Positions 8,701-18,885 of a stretch of DNA of 32,000 bases are shown here, in pieces. Position 1 is the first letter of the stretch; every line of letters begins with the position of its first letter. The notes beneath the pieces are model-generated. The model was not told the DNA's origin. It made no database searches and saw only the letters and a list, made by a program, of their open reading frames with translations. The stretch spans positions 4,290,001 to 4,322,000 of the forward strand of contig NZ_LN831024.1 in NCBI RefSeq assembly GCF_001457615.1. Reading direction: 5' to 3'. The stretch is from Pseudomonas aeruginosa (GTDB lineage: Bacteria; Pseudomonadota; Gammaproteobacteria; Pseudomonadales; Pseudomonadaceae). The position numbers were made by a program, and so were the translations under genes.

Positions 8701-9114
8701 ATGTCACTGCCGCCGTACCTCAAGCCCGGCGACAAGGTCGTGTTGTACGACCAGCACTGCCGCTTCTGCACGCTCTGGAGCGGTTTCCTGGCACGCCGCG
8801 CCGACCACCGGCTGAAGCTGCTTGCCGCGCAGTCCGCCGAAGGCCTGGCGATTCTCGATTGGTTCGGGCTGGCACCCGATCATTTCAACACCTGGCTGTT
8901 CGTCGACGGCGCCTACGCCTGCGACGACAACGATGCCCTGCTCGAGGTGCTGCGCCTGTTGCCGGGCCCCTGGCGTCACCTGCGCTGGCTGCGCCTGCTG
9001 CCAGCCTGGCTGCGCGACGAGTGCCACGAGGCGCTACGGCGCAACCGCTGGCGCTGGTTCGGCCGCCAGCGCCCACCCCTTCGTCGTCGCTCCTGGCGTC
9101 CCCGTCGAGCCTGA
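8701..9114 (+). CDS. DUF393 / DCC-type thiol-disulfide oxidoreductase-like protein
   Basis: 'VVLYDQHCRFCTLWSGFLARRA' DxxCxxC motif near the N-terminus; size and layout of the DCC family. Confidence 0.8.
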   Translation: MSLPPYLKPGDKVVLYDQHCRFCTLWSGFLARRADHRLKLLAAQSAEGLAILDWFGLAPDHFNTWLFVDGAYACDDNDALLEVLRLLPGPWRHLRWLRLLPAWLRDECHEALRRNRWRWFGRQRPPLRRRSWRPRRA

Positions 9115-9180
9115 CGCCTCTCCGCGCTGGCCGTGGCGGGTTATGCTGCCTGCGCACCAGCCTGCGGACCCATACTTGCC

Positions 9181-9531
9181 ATGGCCCTTGACCCGAGCCA
9201 ACGCCGACGACTGCGCCACGCGCTATCCGACGCCTTCGTCGACACTCTCCTGGAGCCCGAGGATATCGCCCGGCGGATAAAGGGCGTCGACCCGGCGTTG
9301 CTGGAGCGGTTGTTCTTCGAGGAAGTGGCGCCGGTCTGCCACGGCAACCTGCTCAGCCCCGCTCCGGCGGTATGGACCGCCTTCGACGAGGCCTGGCTGG
9401 AAGAGGCCATCGAGCGACGCCTGGCGCGGCAAAGGAGCTGCGCCCTGCGACGCTGGCACGAGCGCTGCCTGGTCGCCTGGCTGCGATGGCGATACGCCGA
9501 CACCTGGCGCGCGATCGCCGGCGCTCTTTGA
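9181..9531 (+). CDS. conserved hypothetical protein, 116 aa
   Basis: Open frame MALDPSQRRRLRHALSDAFVDTLLEPEDIARRIKGVDPALLERLFFEEVAPVCHG...; plausible acidic soluble protein. The listed ORF opens at 9133. Confidence 0.7.
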   Translation: MALDPSQRRRLRHALSDAFVDTLLEPEDIARRIKGVDPALLERLFFEEVAPVCHGNLLSPAPAVWTAFDEAWLEEAIERRLARQRSCALRRWHERCLVAWLRWRYADTWRAIAGAL

Positions 9532-9540
9532 GCGAGCGCC

Positions 9541-10320
9541 TCAGCGAAATACCGAATGGATGAGCTTGCCGGCCTTCTTCGTGTCGACCGCCTGCTGGCG
9601 TACCGGCGGCAGCGGCTCGCGCTTGTCCTTGTCTGCCTCGTTCATCTGCGCCACCCAGGCGTCCACCCGATCGCGGCTGACGGCGCCGTAGTTGAGACGG
9701 CAGCTGTCGACGAGGGTCTTGCCCTTCTTCTCCTTGTAGCTGCACTGCACGCGGAAGTCGCCGATGTAGTTGGTGGCGAAGCTCTCGGCACGGAACGGCG
9801 CGGAGAACGGCTTGGAGGTATAGGTCTCGTAGTAGTAGTCGGTCTTGGTCAGCGGCGTAGAACGACAGTTGGACTCCACGTTTACCGCCGTGTGGGTGAC
9901 GCTGCGCTTCCTTTTCCGGACCGTCTTCTCCAGCGCCTCGCCGTTGGCCTCGCAGCGCTCCTCGTACGCACCGGTCTCGCGGGTGACGGTATAGGACAGG
10001 TACCTCACCTCGAACTCGTAAAGCTCGTAGTAGCGCGGCGTCAGTGCGAGGCTGAACAGCTCGGAGTACGACGAGGTGGTGACGTGGGCCGCATGGGTCT
10101 TGGAGGCGGGATCGCGGAAACGCAGGGTCAGGCGGGTGGACGGGTCGTTGCTGCCGGTGTTCTCGAAGCCGACCACGCCGGTGACGAAGCTGGGCGGATC
10201 GCCGGCGCGCATGGAGAACCAGGACGACACCGAGCCCTGGTTCGCCGGGTTGATGTTGCAGCCCGCCAGCGCTGCCATGCAGGCGAGCACGGCAGGTAGC
10301 TTTCCTTTTCTGGGCGTCAT
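9541..10320 (-). CDS. uncharacterised predicted lipoprotein
   Basis: Signal sequence with lipobox 'AVLACMAALAGC'; 259 aa. No family I can name. Confidence 0.8.
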   Translation of the reverse strand: MTPRKGKLPAVLACMAALAGCNINPANQGSVSSWFSMRAGDPPSFVTGVVGFENTGSNDPSTRLTLRFRDPASKTHAAHVTTSSYSELFSLALTPRYYELYEFEVRYLSYTVTRETGAYEERCEANGEALEKTVRKRKRSVTHTAVNVESNCRSTPLTKTDYYYETYTSKPFSAPFRAESFATNYIGDFRVQCSYKEKKGKTLVDSCRLNYGAVSRDRVDAWVAQMNEADKDKREPLPPVRQQAVDTKKAGKLIHSVFR

Positions 10321-10460
10321 TGAAATCCCTTTGCTCGCGACAGGAGGAAAATATCGTTAGGAAACAACGTTGAGAGGCCGGCAAGGATACCCGACTGGCG
10401 CACGGGTCGCATCATTATGACATCACGCCGCCCGCCGGCGTTGCCGCGACCGTTCGTCGA

Positions 10461-10480
10461 ACCTGTGAATTCCGGTAGTT
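10461..10480 (+). promoter_or_regulatory. candidate las/rhl box upstream of the MFS-rhlC operon
   Basis: ACCTGTGAATTCCGGTAGTT fits CT-N12-AG; 62 bp upstream of the GTG start at 10543. Confidence 0.7.
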
Positions 10481-10542
10481 TCCCTTGCCGTCGCTGGCGT
10501 CCCAGGATCGGGATTTCCTGTGTTCGCCGGGAGGGTCCTGGC

Positions 10543-11811
10543 GTGTCCACGACCAGCCTCTGCCCCTCCGCCACGCGGGAACACGGTCCCGGCGCGAAAC
10601 GCGTCCTGCCTCTGCTGTTCCTCACCTGCCTGCTGGATGCCGCTGGCGTCGGCCTGATCGTGCCCCTGCTGCCGACGCTGATCGGCAGCGTGGCGCCGCT
10701 GGCGATCCGCGACGCGGCCACCTGGGGCGCCGCCCTGGTGATGACCTTCGCGCTGCTGCAATTGTTCTTTTCGCCGGTCCTCGGCAGCCTCAGCGACCGC
10801 TTCGGACGCCGCCCCGTCCTGGTCCTGGCGATGCTCGGCTTCGCCCTCAGCTATCTGCTGCTGGCGCTGGCCGACAGCCTCTGGATGCTGTTCCTCGGTC
10901 GCGCGCTGGCCGGGCTCACCGGCGCCAGCGTGGCCACCGCGATGGCCTGCGCGGCGGACCTCGGCACGCACGGGCAGCGCACCCGGCACTTCGGCTGGCT
11001 GTACGCCGGCCTCGCCCTGGGCATGATCCTCGGCCCCGCCCTCGGTGGGCTGCTGGCGGTGCACGGCACGACGCTGCCGCTGTTGCTGGCCGCCGGCCTG
11101 TGCCTGCTCAACGCCCTGCTCGCCGGCCTGTTCCTCGAGGAAACCCTGCCCCCGACGCGACGCCGCCGCCTGGATCCGAGGCGGATGAATGCCTTGCGCT
11201 CGATCAGCGGCCTGGCTCGGCAACCGGGGGTCGGACGCCTGCTGGCGGTGCTTGCCCTGGTATTCCTCGGCTTGCAGGCGGTGATGGTGGTCTGGCCGTT
11301 CTTCGTGATCGAGAAGTTTCACTGGAGCAGCGCCTGGATCGGCTACTCGCTGGCCCTCTACGGCGTGCTCGCGGTGCTCGCCCAGACCCTCGGCGTGAAC
11401 CTCTGCAAGCGGCGCCTGGACGACGCCCGCCTGCTGCGCCTGGGCCTCGCCCTGCAAGGCTGCGGCCTGCTGCTGTTCGCCCTGGTCGACTCGTCATTCT
11501 GGCTGGTCTGCGCGCTGCTGCCCTTCGCGCTCGGCAGCCTCGCCACCCCGGCCATGCAGGGGCTGCTCTCGGCCCGCGTGCCGGTGGACCGCCAGGGCGA
11601 GTTGCAGGGCGTGCTGAGCAGCCTGATGAGCCTCGCCGCGATCGTCGGTCCGCCGCTGATGAGCGGCCTGTTCCACTGGGGCAGCGGTCCGCTCGCGCCG
11701 CTGCCCCTGGCCGGCGCGCCATTCCTCGCCGGCGCCCTTCTCGTTCTGGCCGGGCTGGTCCTGGCCTGGCAACTTCGACCTACGGGAGAAGAACGATCAT
11801 GGACCGGATAG
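10543..11811 (+). CDS. MFS transporter (first gene of the rhlC operon)
   Basis: 12-TM-like hydrophobic protein with MFS motif A 'GSLSDRFGRRPVLVLAMLG'. GTG 10543 preferred over 10417 because of the gggaggg RBS and the las/rhl box inside the longer reading frame. Confidence 0.85.
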   Translation: MSTTSLCPSATREHGPGAKRVLPLLFLTCLLDAAGVGLIVPLLPTLIGSVAPLAIRDAATWGAALVMTFALLQLFFSPVLGSLSDRFGRRPVLVLAMLGFALSYLLLALADSLWMLFLGRALAGLTGASVATAMACAADLGTHGQRTRHFGWLYAGLALGMILGPALGGLLAVHGTTLPLLLAAGLCLLNALLAGLFLEETLPPTRRRRLDPRRMNALRSISGLARQPGVGRLLAVLALVFLGLQAVMVVWPFFVIEKFHWSSAWIGYSLALYGVLAVLAQTLGVNLCKRRLDDARLLRLGLALQGCGLLLFALVDSSFWLVCALLPFALGSLATPAMQGLLSARVPVDRQGELQGVLSSLMSLAAIVGPPLMSGLFHWGSGPLAPLPLAGAPFLAGALLVLAGLVLAWQLRPTGEERSWTG

Positions 11812-12776
11812 ACATGGGCGTGCTGGTGGTACTGTTCAATCCTGGCGACGACGACCTGGAACACCTTGGCGAACTGGCGGCGGCGTTTCCGCAACTGCGC
11901 TTCCTTGCCGTCGACAACTCACCGCACAGCGATCCGCAGCGCAATGCCCGGCTGCGCGGGCAAGGCATCGCCGTGCTGCACCACGGCAACCGGCAGGGCA
12001 TCGCCGGCGCCTTCAACCAGGGGCTCGACGCGCTGTTCCGGCGTGGCGTGCAGGGTGTGCTGCTGCTCGACCAGGACTCCCGTCCCGGCGGCGCCTTCCT
12101 CGCCGCCCAGTGGCGCAACCTGCAGGCGCGCAACGGTCAGGCCTGCCTGCTCGGCCCACGGATCTTCGACCGGGGTGACCGGCGCTTCCTGCCGGCCATC
12201 CATCTCGACGGACTGACGCTCAGGCAATTGTCTCTGGACGGCCTGACGACCCCGCAGCGCACCTCGTTCCTGATCTCCTCCGGCTGCCTGCTGACCCGCG
12301 AGGCCTACCAGCGCCTCGGCCACTTCGACGAGGAACTGTTCATCGACCACGTGGACACCGAATACAGCCTGCGCGCCCAGGCGCTGGACGTGCCCCTGTA
12401 CGTCGACCCGCGGCTGGTCCTCGAGCACCGCATCGGCACGCGCAAGACCCGCCGCCTCGGCGGTCTCAGCCTCAGCGCGATGAACCACGCCCCGCTGCGC
12501 CGCTACTACCTGGCGCGCAACGGCCTGCTGGTCCTGCGCCGCTACGCCCGGTCCTCGCCGCTGGCCCTGCTGGCGAACCTGCCGACCCTGACCCAGGGCC
12601 TCGCGGTGCTCCTGCTCGAGCGCGACAAGCTGCTCAAGCTGCGCTGCCTGGGCTGGGGCCTGTGGGACGGCCTGCGGGGGCGCGGCGGCGCGCTGGAGCG
12701 CAACCGCCCGCGCCTGCTGAAGCGCCTCGCCGGTCCGGCGGTGGCGTCCGTAGCTTCCGGCAAGGCCAAGGCCTAG
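11799..12776 (+). CDS. rhlC: rhamnosyltransferase chain C (rhamnosyltransferase 2, di-rhamnolipid synthesis)
   Basis: 325-aa GT2-type protein [49 protein letters not shown]... recognised as RhlC; overlaps the upstream MFS gene by 13 bp. Confidence 0.96.
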   Translation: MDRIDMGVLVVLFNPGDDDLEHLGELAAAFPQLRFLAVDNSPHSDPQRNARLRGQGIAVLHHGNRQGIAGAFNQGLDALFRRGVQGVLLLDQDSRPGGAFLAAQWRNLQARNGQACLLGPRIFDRGDRRFLPAIHLDGLTLRQLSLDGLTTPQRTSFLISSGCLLTREAYQRLGHFDEELFIDHVDTEYSLRAQALDVPLYVDPRLVLEHRIGTRKTRRLGGLSLSAMNHAPLRRYYLARNGLLVLRRYARSSPLALLANLPTLTQGLAVLLLERDKLLKLRCLGWGLWDGLRGRGGALERNRPRLLKRLAGPAVASVASGKAKA

Positions 12777-13180
12777 TCGGCGAAACGCATTCCCGCATAG
12801 GGCGCTTGCCGGCACGCCGCGAGCCGGCTGAGCAGGTCGCCGACGTGGGCCTCCAGGCGATGGCCGTCCGGGTCGAGGAAGTAGAACGAATCGCCCTCGC
12901 TGCGGTTCTGCTTCCATTCGCGCACGCCATGCGCGCGCAGCTGCGCGGCGAAGCGGGCGAAATCCGCGGCGGCGATGCCGAAGGCGTAGTGCGTGTAGTC
13001 CGCGGCCGGCCCACCGTACTGCGGCTCCCGGGACAGGCACAGCCACAGCGAACCCAGTTCGAGATAGGCGCCCTGGTCCCAGCGCGCTTCCAGGCGAAAG
13101 CCGAGAAGATCGCGGTAGAAGGCGATGCTGGCCGGCAGGTCGGCGACCGCCAGGGTCAGGTGATTGAGACCGGTGAGCAT
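12773..13180 (-). CDS. fosA: fosfomycin resistance glutathione transferase FosA
   Basis: 135 aa: [50 protein letters not shown]...[12 protein letters not shown]...[33 protein letters not shown]; chromosomal FosA of P. aeruginosa. Confidence 0.96.
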   Translation of the reverse strand: MLTGLNHLTLAVADLPASIAFYRDLLGFRLEARWDQGAYLELGSLWLCLSREPQYGGPAADYTHYAFGIAAADFARFAAQLRAHGVREWKQNRSEGDSFYFLDPDGHRLEAHVGDLLSRLAACRQAPYAGMRFAD

Positions 13181-13215
13181 GGGGGGCTCCTTGCAAGGTT
13201 TGGCGGGAGGACGAT

Positions 13216-14127
13216 TCAGGCACGCCCCAGCCAGTCGCCGCGGATCATTTCCATCAGTTGGCGCAAGCCGGGTTGCGGCTGGCGTCGGCTCGGATAATAG
13301 AGGCAGAACGGCGCGCCCATCGAGGTCCAGTCGGGCAATACCAGTTGCAGCCGGCCGCTACGCAGCTCCTCGGCGATTCCCACTTCCAGGCAGTAGGCCA
13401 GGCCAATGCCGTCCAGGGCCGCGGCGACCGCCGTATTGCTTTCGTTGACGCTGAAAGGGCCGGGCACGTCGACCTCGACCATCCGCTCGCCGTCGCCCAG
13501 TTCCCATTTGTAGAACGAGTTGTCGCCCAGGCGCATGCGGATGCAGGCGTGCCGCAACAGGTCGTCCGGCCGCTGGGGCACGCCGTGGCGCGCCAGGTAA
13601 TCGGGCGACGCGGCCACCACCCAGCGCAGCTCCCCGGTCAATGGCACCGCGACCATGTCCTGGGGCACCGTGCCGCCGTAACGGATGCCGGCGTCGTAGC
13701 CGTCGGCGACGATGTCGACCATGCGGTCCTCCACCGAAAGTTCCAGTTGCAGGTCCGGATACGCCTCGGTGAAGCGCCTGAGGACCGGCCCCAGCAGCAG
13801 CCGCGAGGCATCGCGCGGCACGTTCAGGCGCAGCCGGCCCACCGGCGAGGTGCGATAGGCATCGAGCTCGCCGAGCGCCTCGCCGATCACCTGGAAACCA
13901 TCCTCCAGCTTGGCCGCCAGCGCGCTACCGGCATCGGTCGGCACCACCGAACGGCTGGTACGGTTAAGCAGCTTCACCCCGAGCCGCGCCTCGAGGTTGC
14001 GCATGCTGTGGCTCAGCGCCGAGGTACTGACACCCAGCTCCTGGGCTGAGTGACGGAAGCTGCGGCGCCGGACGATGGTCATGAAGACGTTCAGGTCGGC
14101 GAGTTCGGAACGGGTGAAAGCCGGCAT
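13216..14127 (-). CDS. LysR-family transcriptional regulator
   Basis: '[59 protein letters not shown]'; CAT at 14125-14127 with an AGGAG RBS on the minus strand. Confidence 0.93.
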   Translation of the reverse strand: MPAFTRSELADLNVFMTIVRRRSFRHSAQELGVSTSALSHSMRNLEARLGVKLLNRTSRSVVPTDAGSALAAKLEDGFQVIGEALGELDAYRTSPVGRLRLNVPRDASRLLLGPVLRRFTEAYPDLQLELSVEDRMVDIVADGYDAGIRYGGTVPQDMVAVPLTGELRWVVAASPDYLARHGVPQRPDDLLRHACIRMRLGDNSFYKWELGDGERMVEVDVPGPFSVNESNTAVAAALDGIGLAYCLEVGIAEELRSGRLQLVLPDWTSMGAPFCLYYPSRRQPQPGLRQLMEMIRGDWLGRA

Positions 14128-14154
14128 TCCAGGGCTCCTGGCAGTTCTCGGAGG

Positions 14155-14181
14155 TCAATGCAGCATTGAGCCACATTCAAT
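14155..14181. promoter_or_regulatory. candidate LysR operator (two overlapping dyads)
   Basis: TCAATGC-A-GCATTGA (14155-14169) overlapping ATTGA-N7-TCAAT (14165-14181, containing T-N11-A). Confidence 0.65.
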
Positions 14182-14261
14182 CTCGGGTGATCTAGAGTAA
14201 TCGCTCCGTGCCGCCGAGCGCATTGCCGGCAAGCGTTTTCCCGATCTGCAGGAGTATTTCC

Positions 14262-15251
<990 letters not shown>

Positions 15252-15257
15252 TCGGAC

Positions 15258-15282
15258 GGCCGGGGCGGCAACGCCCCTGGCC
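15258..15282 (+). terminator. stem-loop downstream of the aldo/keto reductase gene (no U-tract)
   Basis: GGCCGGGGCG-GCAA-CGCCCC-T-GGCC: 10 bp stem with one bulged T and a GCAA (GNRA) loop, 6 nt after the stop codon. Confidence 0.4.
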
Positions 15283-15345
15283 GCTGGCCTGACGGAGCGG
15301 CGAAAGGCAAAATGGCGGTTTTTCTCAAGGACTGCCGGATCAGTT

Positions 15346-15933
15346 ATGGAAAACGTCTACAAGACCCCGGAAGCGCCCCTGGTGGAAATCCGCGGCGCGA
15401 AGCGGGCGCATTTCTTCGTCACTTCCCTGGGCAAGATGAGCGTGCTCTTCCTCGTCACCCTGGGGCTGTACGGCGTGTACTGGATGTACAAGCACTGGAA
15501 GGCCCAGCAACCGCAGATGGAGCGGCGGATCAGCCCGGTATGGCGGGCGATCTTCGGCATCTTCTTTTTCCACGCCCTCGCCCGGCGGATCCACCAGGCC
15601 CTGCCGGAAGAGCGCCAGGCACTATGGAGCCCGAGCAAGGATGCGACCTGGGCGGTGCTGCTGACGGTCGCGGCGAACCTGATCAGCCACCTCACCGACG
15701 TGGTCCCCGCGCTGGAGCCCTACTCGCTGCCCTCGCTCCTGCTGCTGCTCACGCCGCTTATCCCGATGCGCAACATCCAGCGCCAGGCCAACCTCGCCAG
15801 CGGCGACCCGCAGGGCACGGGCAACGCCGGCTATTCGGGCTACAACCTGCTGTTCATCGTGCTCGGCGCGCTCTACTGGCTGCTGATCCTGATCGGTTCC
15901 GCGGTGATCCTCTTCGGCTCGTCCCAGGGCTGA
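15346..15933 (+). CDS. integral membrane protein of unknown function
   Basis: 195 aa with several hydrophobic helices ('MSVLFLVTLGLYGVYWMYKHW', 'YSLPSLLLLLTPLIPM', 'LLFIVLGALYWLLILIGSAVILF'). Confidence 0.75.
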   Translation: MENVYKTPEAPLVEIRGAKRAHFFVTSLGKMSVLFLVTLGLYGVYWMYKHWKAQQPQMERRISPVWRAIFGIFFFHALARRIHQALPEERQALWSPSKDATWAVLLTVAANLISHLTDVVPALEPYSLPSLLLLLTPLIPMRNIQRQANLASGDPQGTGNAGYSGYNLLFIVLGALYWLLILIGSAVILFGSSQG

Positions 15934-15939
15934 GCCGCC

Positions 15940-16692
15940 TCAGCCGGGAAACGCCCGGCGCAACAGTTCGGGCAGCACCTCGCCGGCCGGACCGACGAGA
16001 CAGTGTTCGCGCGGATGGCGGGTGCGCACCGGTTGCGGGTTCACATGCACGACGCTGGCACCGTGCTCCAGCGCCAGTCCGGGTATCCGCGCCGCCGGCT
16101 GCACCACGCCGGAAGTGCCGACGCTGAGCAACAGGTCGCACTCGCAGGCCGCGGCGAAAGCCTCGCGCAGCGCCGCCTCGGGCAGCGCCTCGCCGAACCA
16201 GACCACGCCCGGCCGGACCTGTCCGCCGCAGGCCGGACAACGCGGCGGCTCGATCCGTCGTCCCTCTTCCGGCTCGACCGAATCGGGCAAGGCGTCCCGG
16301 TAGGCTGCCGCGCAGGTCGCGCAACGCGGCGCGTGCAGGCTGCCATGCAGGTGAAGGACGTCGCGGCTGCCGGCGCGTTCATGCAGGTCGTCGACGTTCT
16401 GGGTGACCAACCGGGTGTCGGCGATCCGTCCGCTCAATGCGGCAATCGCCCGGTGCGCGGGATTCGGCTGGACACCCAGCACCTTCAGGCGGCGCCACTC
16501 GTACCAGCCCCAGACCAGCGCGGGATCGTCGGCGAAGGCCGCGGGCGTAGCCAGGGCCGCCGGATCGTAGCGCGCCCAGAGACCGCCAAGGGCATCGCGG
16601 AAGGTGGGAATCCCGCTTTCCGCCGACACCCCGGCGCCCGTGAAGATCACCAGGCGGCGGGCGCCGGCGAGCAGTTCGACGACAGCGCGCAT
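15940..16692 (-). CDS. Sir2-family NAD-dependent protein deacylase (CobB-type, class III)
   Basis: 'VIFTGAGVSAESGIPTFRD', 'TQNVDDLHERAG', 'LHGS', zinc Cys pairs 'CATCAAAY' and 'CPACGGQVRPGVVWFGE', 'YEWR' motif. Start 16692 (ORF opens at 16743). Confidence 0.93.
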   Translation of the reverse strand: MRAVVELLAGARRLVIFTGAGVSAESGIPTFRDALGGLWARYDPAALATPAAFADDPALVWGWYEWRRLKVLGVQPNPAHRAIAALSGRIADTRLVTQNVDDLHERAGSRDVLHLHGSLHAPRCATCAAAYRDALPDSVEPEEGRRIEPPRCPACGGQVRPGVVWFGEALPEAALREAFAAACECDLLLSVGTSGVVQPAARIPGLALEHGASVVHVNPQPVRTRHPREHCLVGPAGEVLPELLRRAFPG

Positions 16693-16705
16693 CTCGCTCC
16701 TCCGC

Positions 16706-18202
16706 TTACAGCGCGGACAACGCGCGGTATTCGTCCTGGGCATGCTGGTCGGTCATGCCGCTGACGAAATCCTGGAGCATACGGCAGCGGTGGTAGAACT
16801 CCCACTGCCGCTGCAACGGGTCCTCCGCCACACCTTTCATGGCCTCCAGGTAAGCCTTGATCTGCTGGCTCGGCAGGCGCCGAACCAGCAGTTGCGGATG
16901 CGGCGCGGCGGCCTGGCGACCTTCGGCGAGGGCCTGGAACTCCTCGGCCGGCAGGCGCAGCAGCGGCGCGTAGAAATCCAGCAGGCCCTGGATGATGCGG
17001 TAGCCCTGCAATTCCAGGGTTTCCACCTCCGGATGGCAGAACACCCATTCCATGGCCACGTCCTTGAACGTCTGGACGATGGCGTGCGGCAGGCTGCCGT
17101 CCTCCATCAGCGCGCGGCCGAGGGTGCCGGCATGAACCGCTTCGAGGTTGTCGATGAACTGCTGGGCGGCGTGCTGGACCAGCGGGTGGATCATTTTCAC
17201 TCGCAGGCGGATGAAGAATTCGCTGACCTTGTTGATCGGCTCCCGCTCGGCCTTTTCCAGCGAGTAGTCGACCATCCGCTGGAAGCTCATGTTGTCCGCG
17301 TCGCCGGGAATCGGCGCGTCCGGCGAATGGTGGACGGCAAACTTCTTCACCAGCAGATCCGCCAATTGACGGATGTCGAGGATGCCTTTTTCCACCGAGT
17401 CTTCGATATCGGCCAGGCAATAGGAGATATCGTCGGCCGCTTCCATGATGTAGGCCACAGGGTGGCGAGTGCCCGGGCGCATGCCGAGGACTCGGCGCAG
17501 TTCGTCGACGAAGGCTTCCTCGGAAAGATAGAAGCCCGGCTTCTTGTTCAGGTAGTGGTTCGCCGCCGCCTTGTCCGGCTTCGGCTCGTAGGCCGGGCGC
17601 ACGTACTTGAGCAGGCCGGCGGTCTGCGTGTAGGTGAGGTTCAGGCGCAGCAGCTTCACCACCAGGCGGATGGCCTGGGCGTTGCCTTCGAAGTGCTTGA
17701 GGTCGGTGAGCATGCGCTGCTGCAACAGGCCGTCGCCCTGGCCCGGCGGTATGCGGCGCTCGAACAGGGCGTCGAGGTTGCGTTCGAACCAGTCGTTGAT
17801 GGCGTACTCGCCGAAATGACCGAACGGCGGATTGCCGACGTCGTGCATCAGGCAGGCCATTTCCACCAGGCTTTCCAGCGCGCCTTCCAGCCCGTCCAGG
17901 CCGGCCTCCGCGGCACGCGGGCCCAGTTGGCGGAACAGCGTGCGGACGATGAAACGCCCGGTCTGCTGCACTTCCAGGGAATGGGTCAGGCGGCTGCGCA
18001 CCGCCGCGTTGCGCTCCAGCGGGAAGACCTGGGTCTTCTGCTGCAAGCGACGCACGGCGGCGGAATTGACGATGCGCCCGCGGTCGCTTTCCAACTGGTA
18101 GACGATGTCTTGCAGATCGGTATTCCCGGCATGTCCGTAGGTTTCCCTGTCATGCGGACGCTGGCGGGATATCCGCTCCTTGAAATCCACGGCCCCTGGC
18201 AT
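16706..18202 (-). CDS. dgt: deoxyguanosinetriphosphate triphosphohydrolase
   Basis: HD-domain motifs 'SRLTHSLEVQQTGR', 'CLMHDVGNPPFGHFGE', 'MEAADDISYCLADIEDSV'. Start ATG 18202 gives 498 aa. Confidence 0.93.
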   Translation of the reverse strand: MPGAVDFKERISRQRPHDRETYGHAGNTDLQDIVYQLESDRGRIVNSAAVRRLQQKTQVFPLERNAAVRSRLTHSLEVQQTGRFIVRTLFRQLGPRAAEAGLDGLEGALESLVEMACLMHDVGNPPFGHFGEYAINDWFERNLDALFERRIPPGQGDGLLQQRMLTDLKHFEGNAQAIRLVVKLLRLNLTYTQTAGLLKYVRPAYEPKPDKAAANHYLNKKPGFYLSEEAFVDELRRVLGMRPGTRHPVAYIMEAADDISYCLADIEDSVEKGILDIRQLADLLVKKFAVHHSPDAPIPGDADNMSFQRMVDYSLEKAEREPINKVSEFFIRLRVKMIHPLVQHAAQQFIDNLEAVHAGTLGRALMEDGSLPHAIVQTFKDVAMEWVFCHPEVETLELQGYRIIQGLLDFYAPLLRLPAEEFQALAEGRQAAAPHPQLLVRRLPSQQIKAYLEAMKGVAEDPLQRQWEFYHRCRMLQDFVSGMTDQHAQDEYRALSAL

Positions 18203-18432
18203 CTGGCGCTGTTCTCCACTCGGTCGGCTGCGAACCCCGAGCCTAGCGCGTGGCGGCGGTTTAACCAAGGTCGCGACAATCCGTCCCACTACCGTTCGCG
18301 ATCCGCCCTCTTCCCCGGGCGGCGGCAACTGGCAGAATACCCCGCTCGGCACCAGCGACCCCCGCCGCAGAACGGGGGCGCCGCCGATCATGCGTGCGCC
18401 CAGAGAAACAGGAACGTTCAGGGAGGTTCCGC

Positions 18433-18753
18433 ATGAGCATCACATCCACCGACATCTGCCAGGCCGCCGATGCCCTCAAGGGGTTCGTCGGTTTCAACCG
18501 CAAGACCGGCCGCTACATCGTGCGTTTCAGCGAAGACTCCTTCGGCATGGACGTAGCCGACGACAGCATCACGCCCACCAGCGAGTTCGTCTGGAGTTCG
18601 GTACGCGACGACGTCATGCGCCTGGGCCGCGAGCAGTTGCAGATCCTGCTGGAACAGAACATCAACGAACGACTGAACATCGGCGAGCCGCTACTGGTCT
18701 ATCTGCGCCGCCAGGACCTGCCGGAAATCACCGCACAACGCCAGTTGCGCTGA
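18433..18753 (+). CDS. conserved hypothetical protein, 106 aa
   Basis: MSITSTDICQAADALKGFVGFNRKTGRYIVRFSEDSFGMDVADDSITP...; ggaggttccgc RBS. Confidence 0.75.
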   Translation: MSITSTDICQAADALKGFVGFNRKTGRYIVRFSEDSFGMDVADDSITPTSEFVWSSVRDDVMRLGREQLQILLEQNINERLNIGEPLLVYLRRQDLPEITAQRQLR

Positions 18754-18885
18754 GCGCCGTCGATCGCCGCCCGCGCCGGGCGCTGCGCCACGCATTATGC
18801 TGGAAGCGTCCGCCGCCGTCCGGCGCCGCGGACGCCATCGGCCATCCGGCGCGCCACGCAGGTGCTGCGTGGGGAGGTGAACGCC

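Noticed and set aside
8130-8815. ORFs spanning the end of hchA and the start of the DUF393 gene
   Set aside because: Frame composition is not protein-like, and they run across the stem-loop and intergenic region.
10417-10542. N-terminal extension of the MFS transporter
   Set aside because: Contains the las/rhl box and lacks a convincing RBS; GTG 10543 is better supported.
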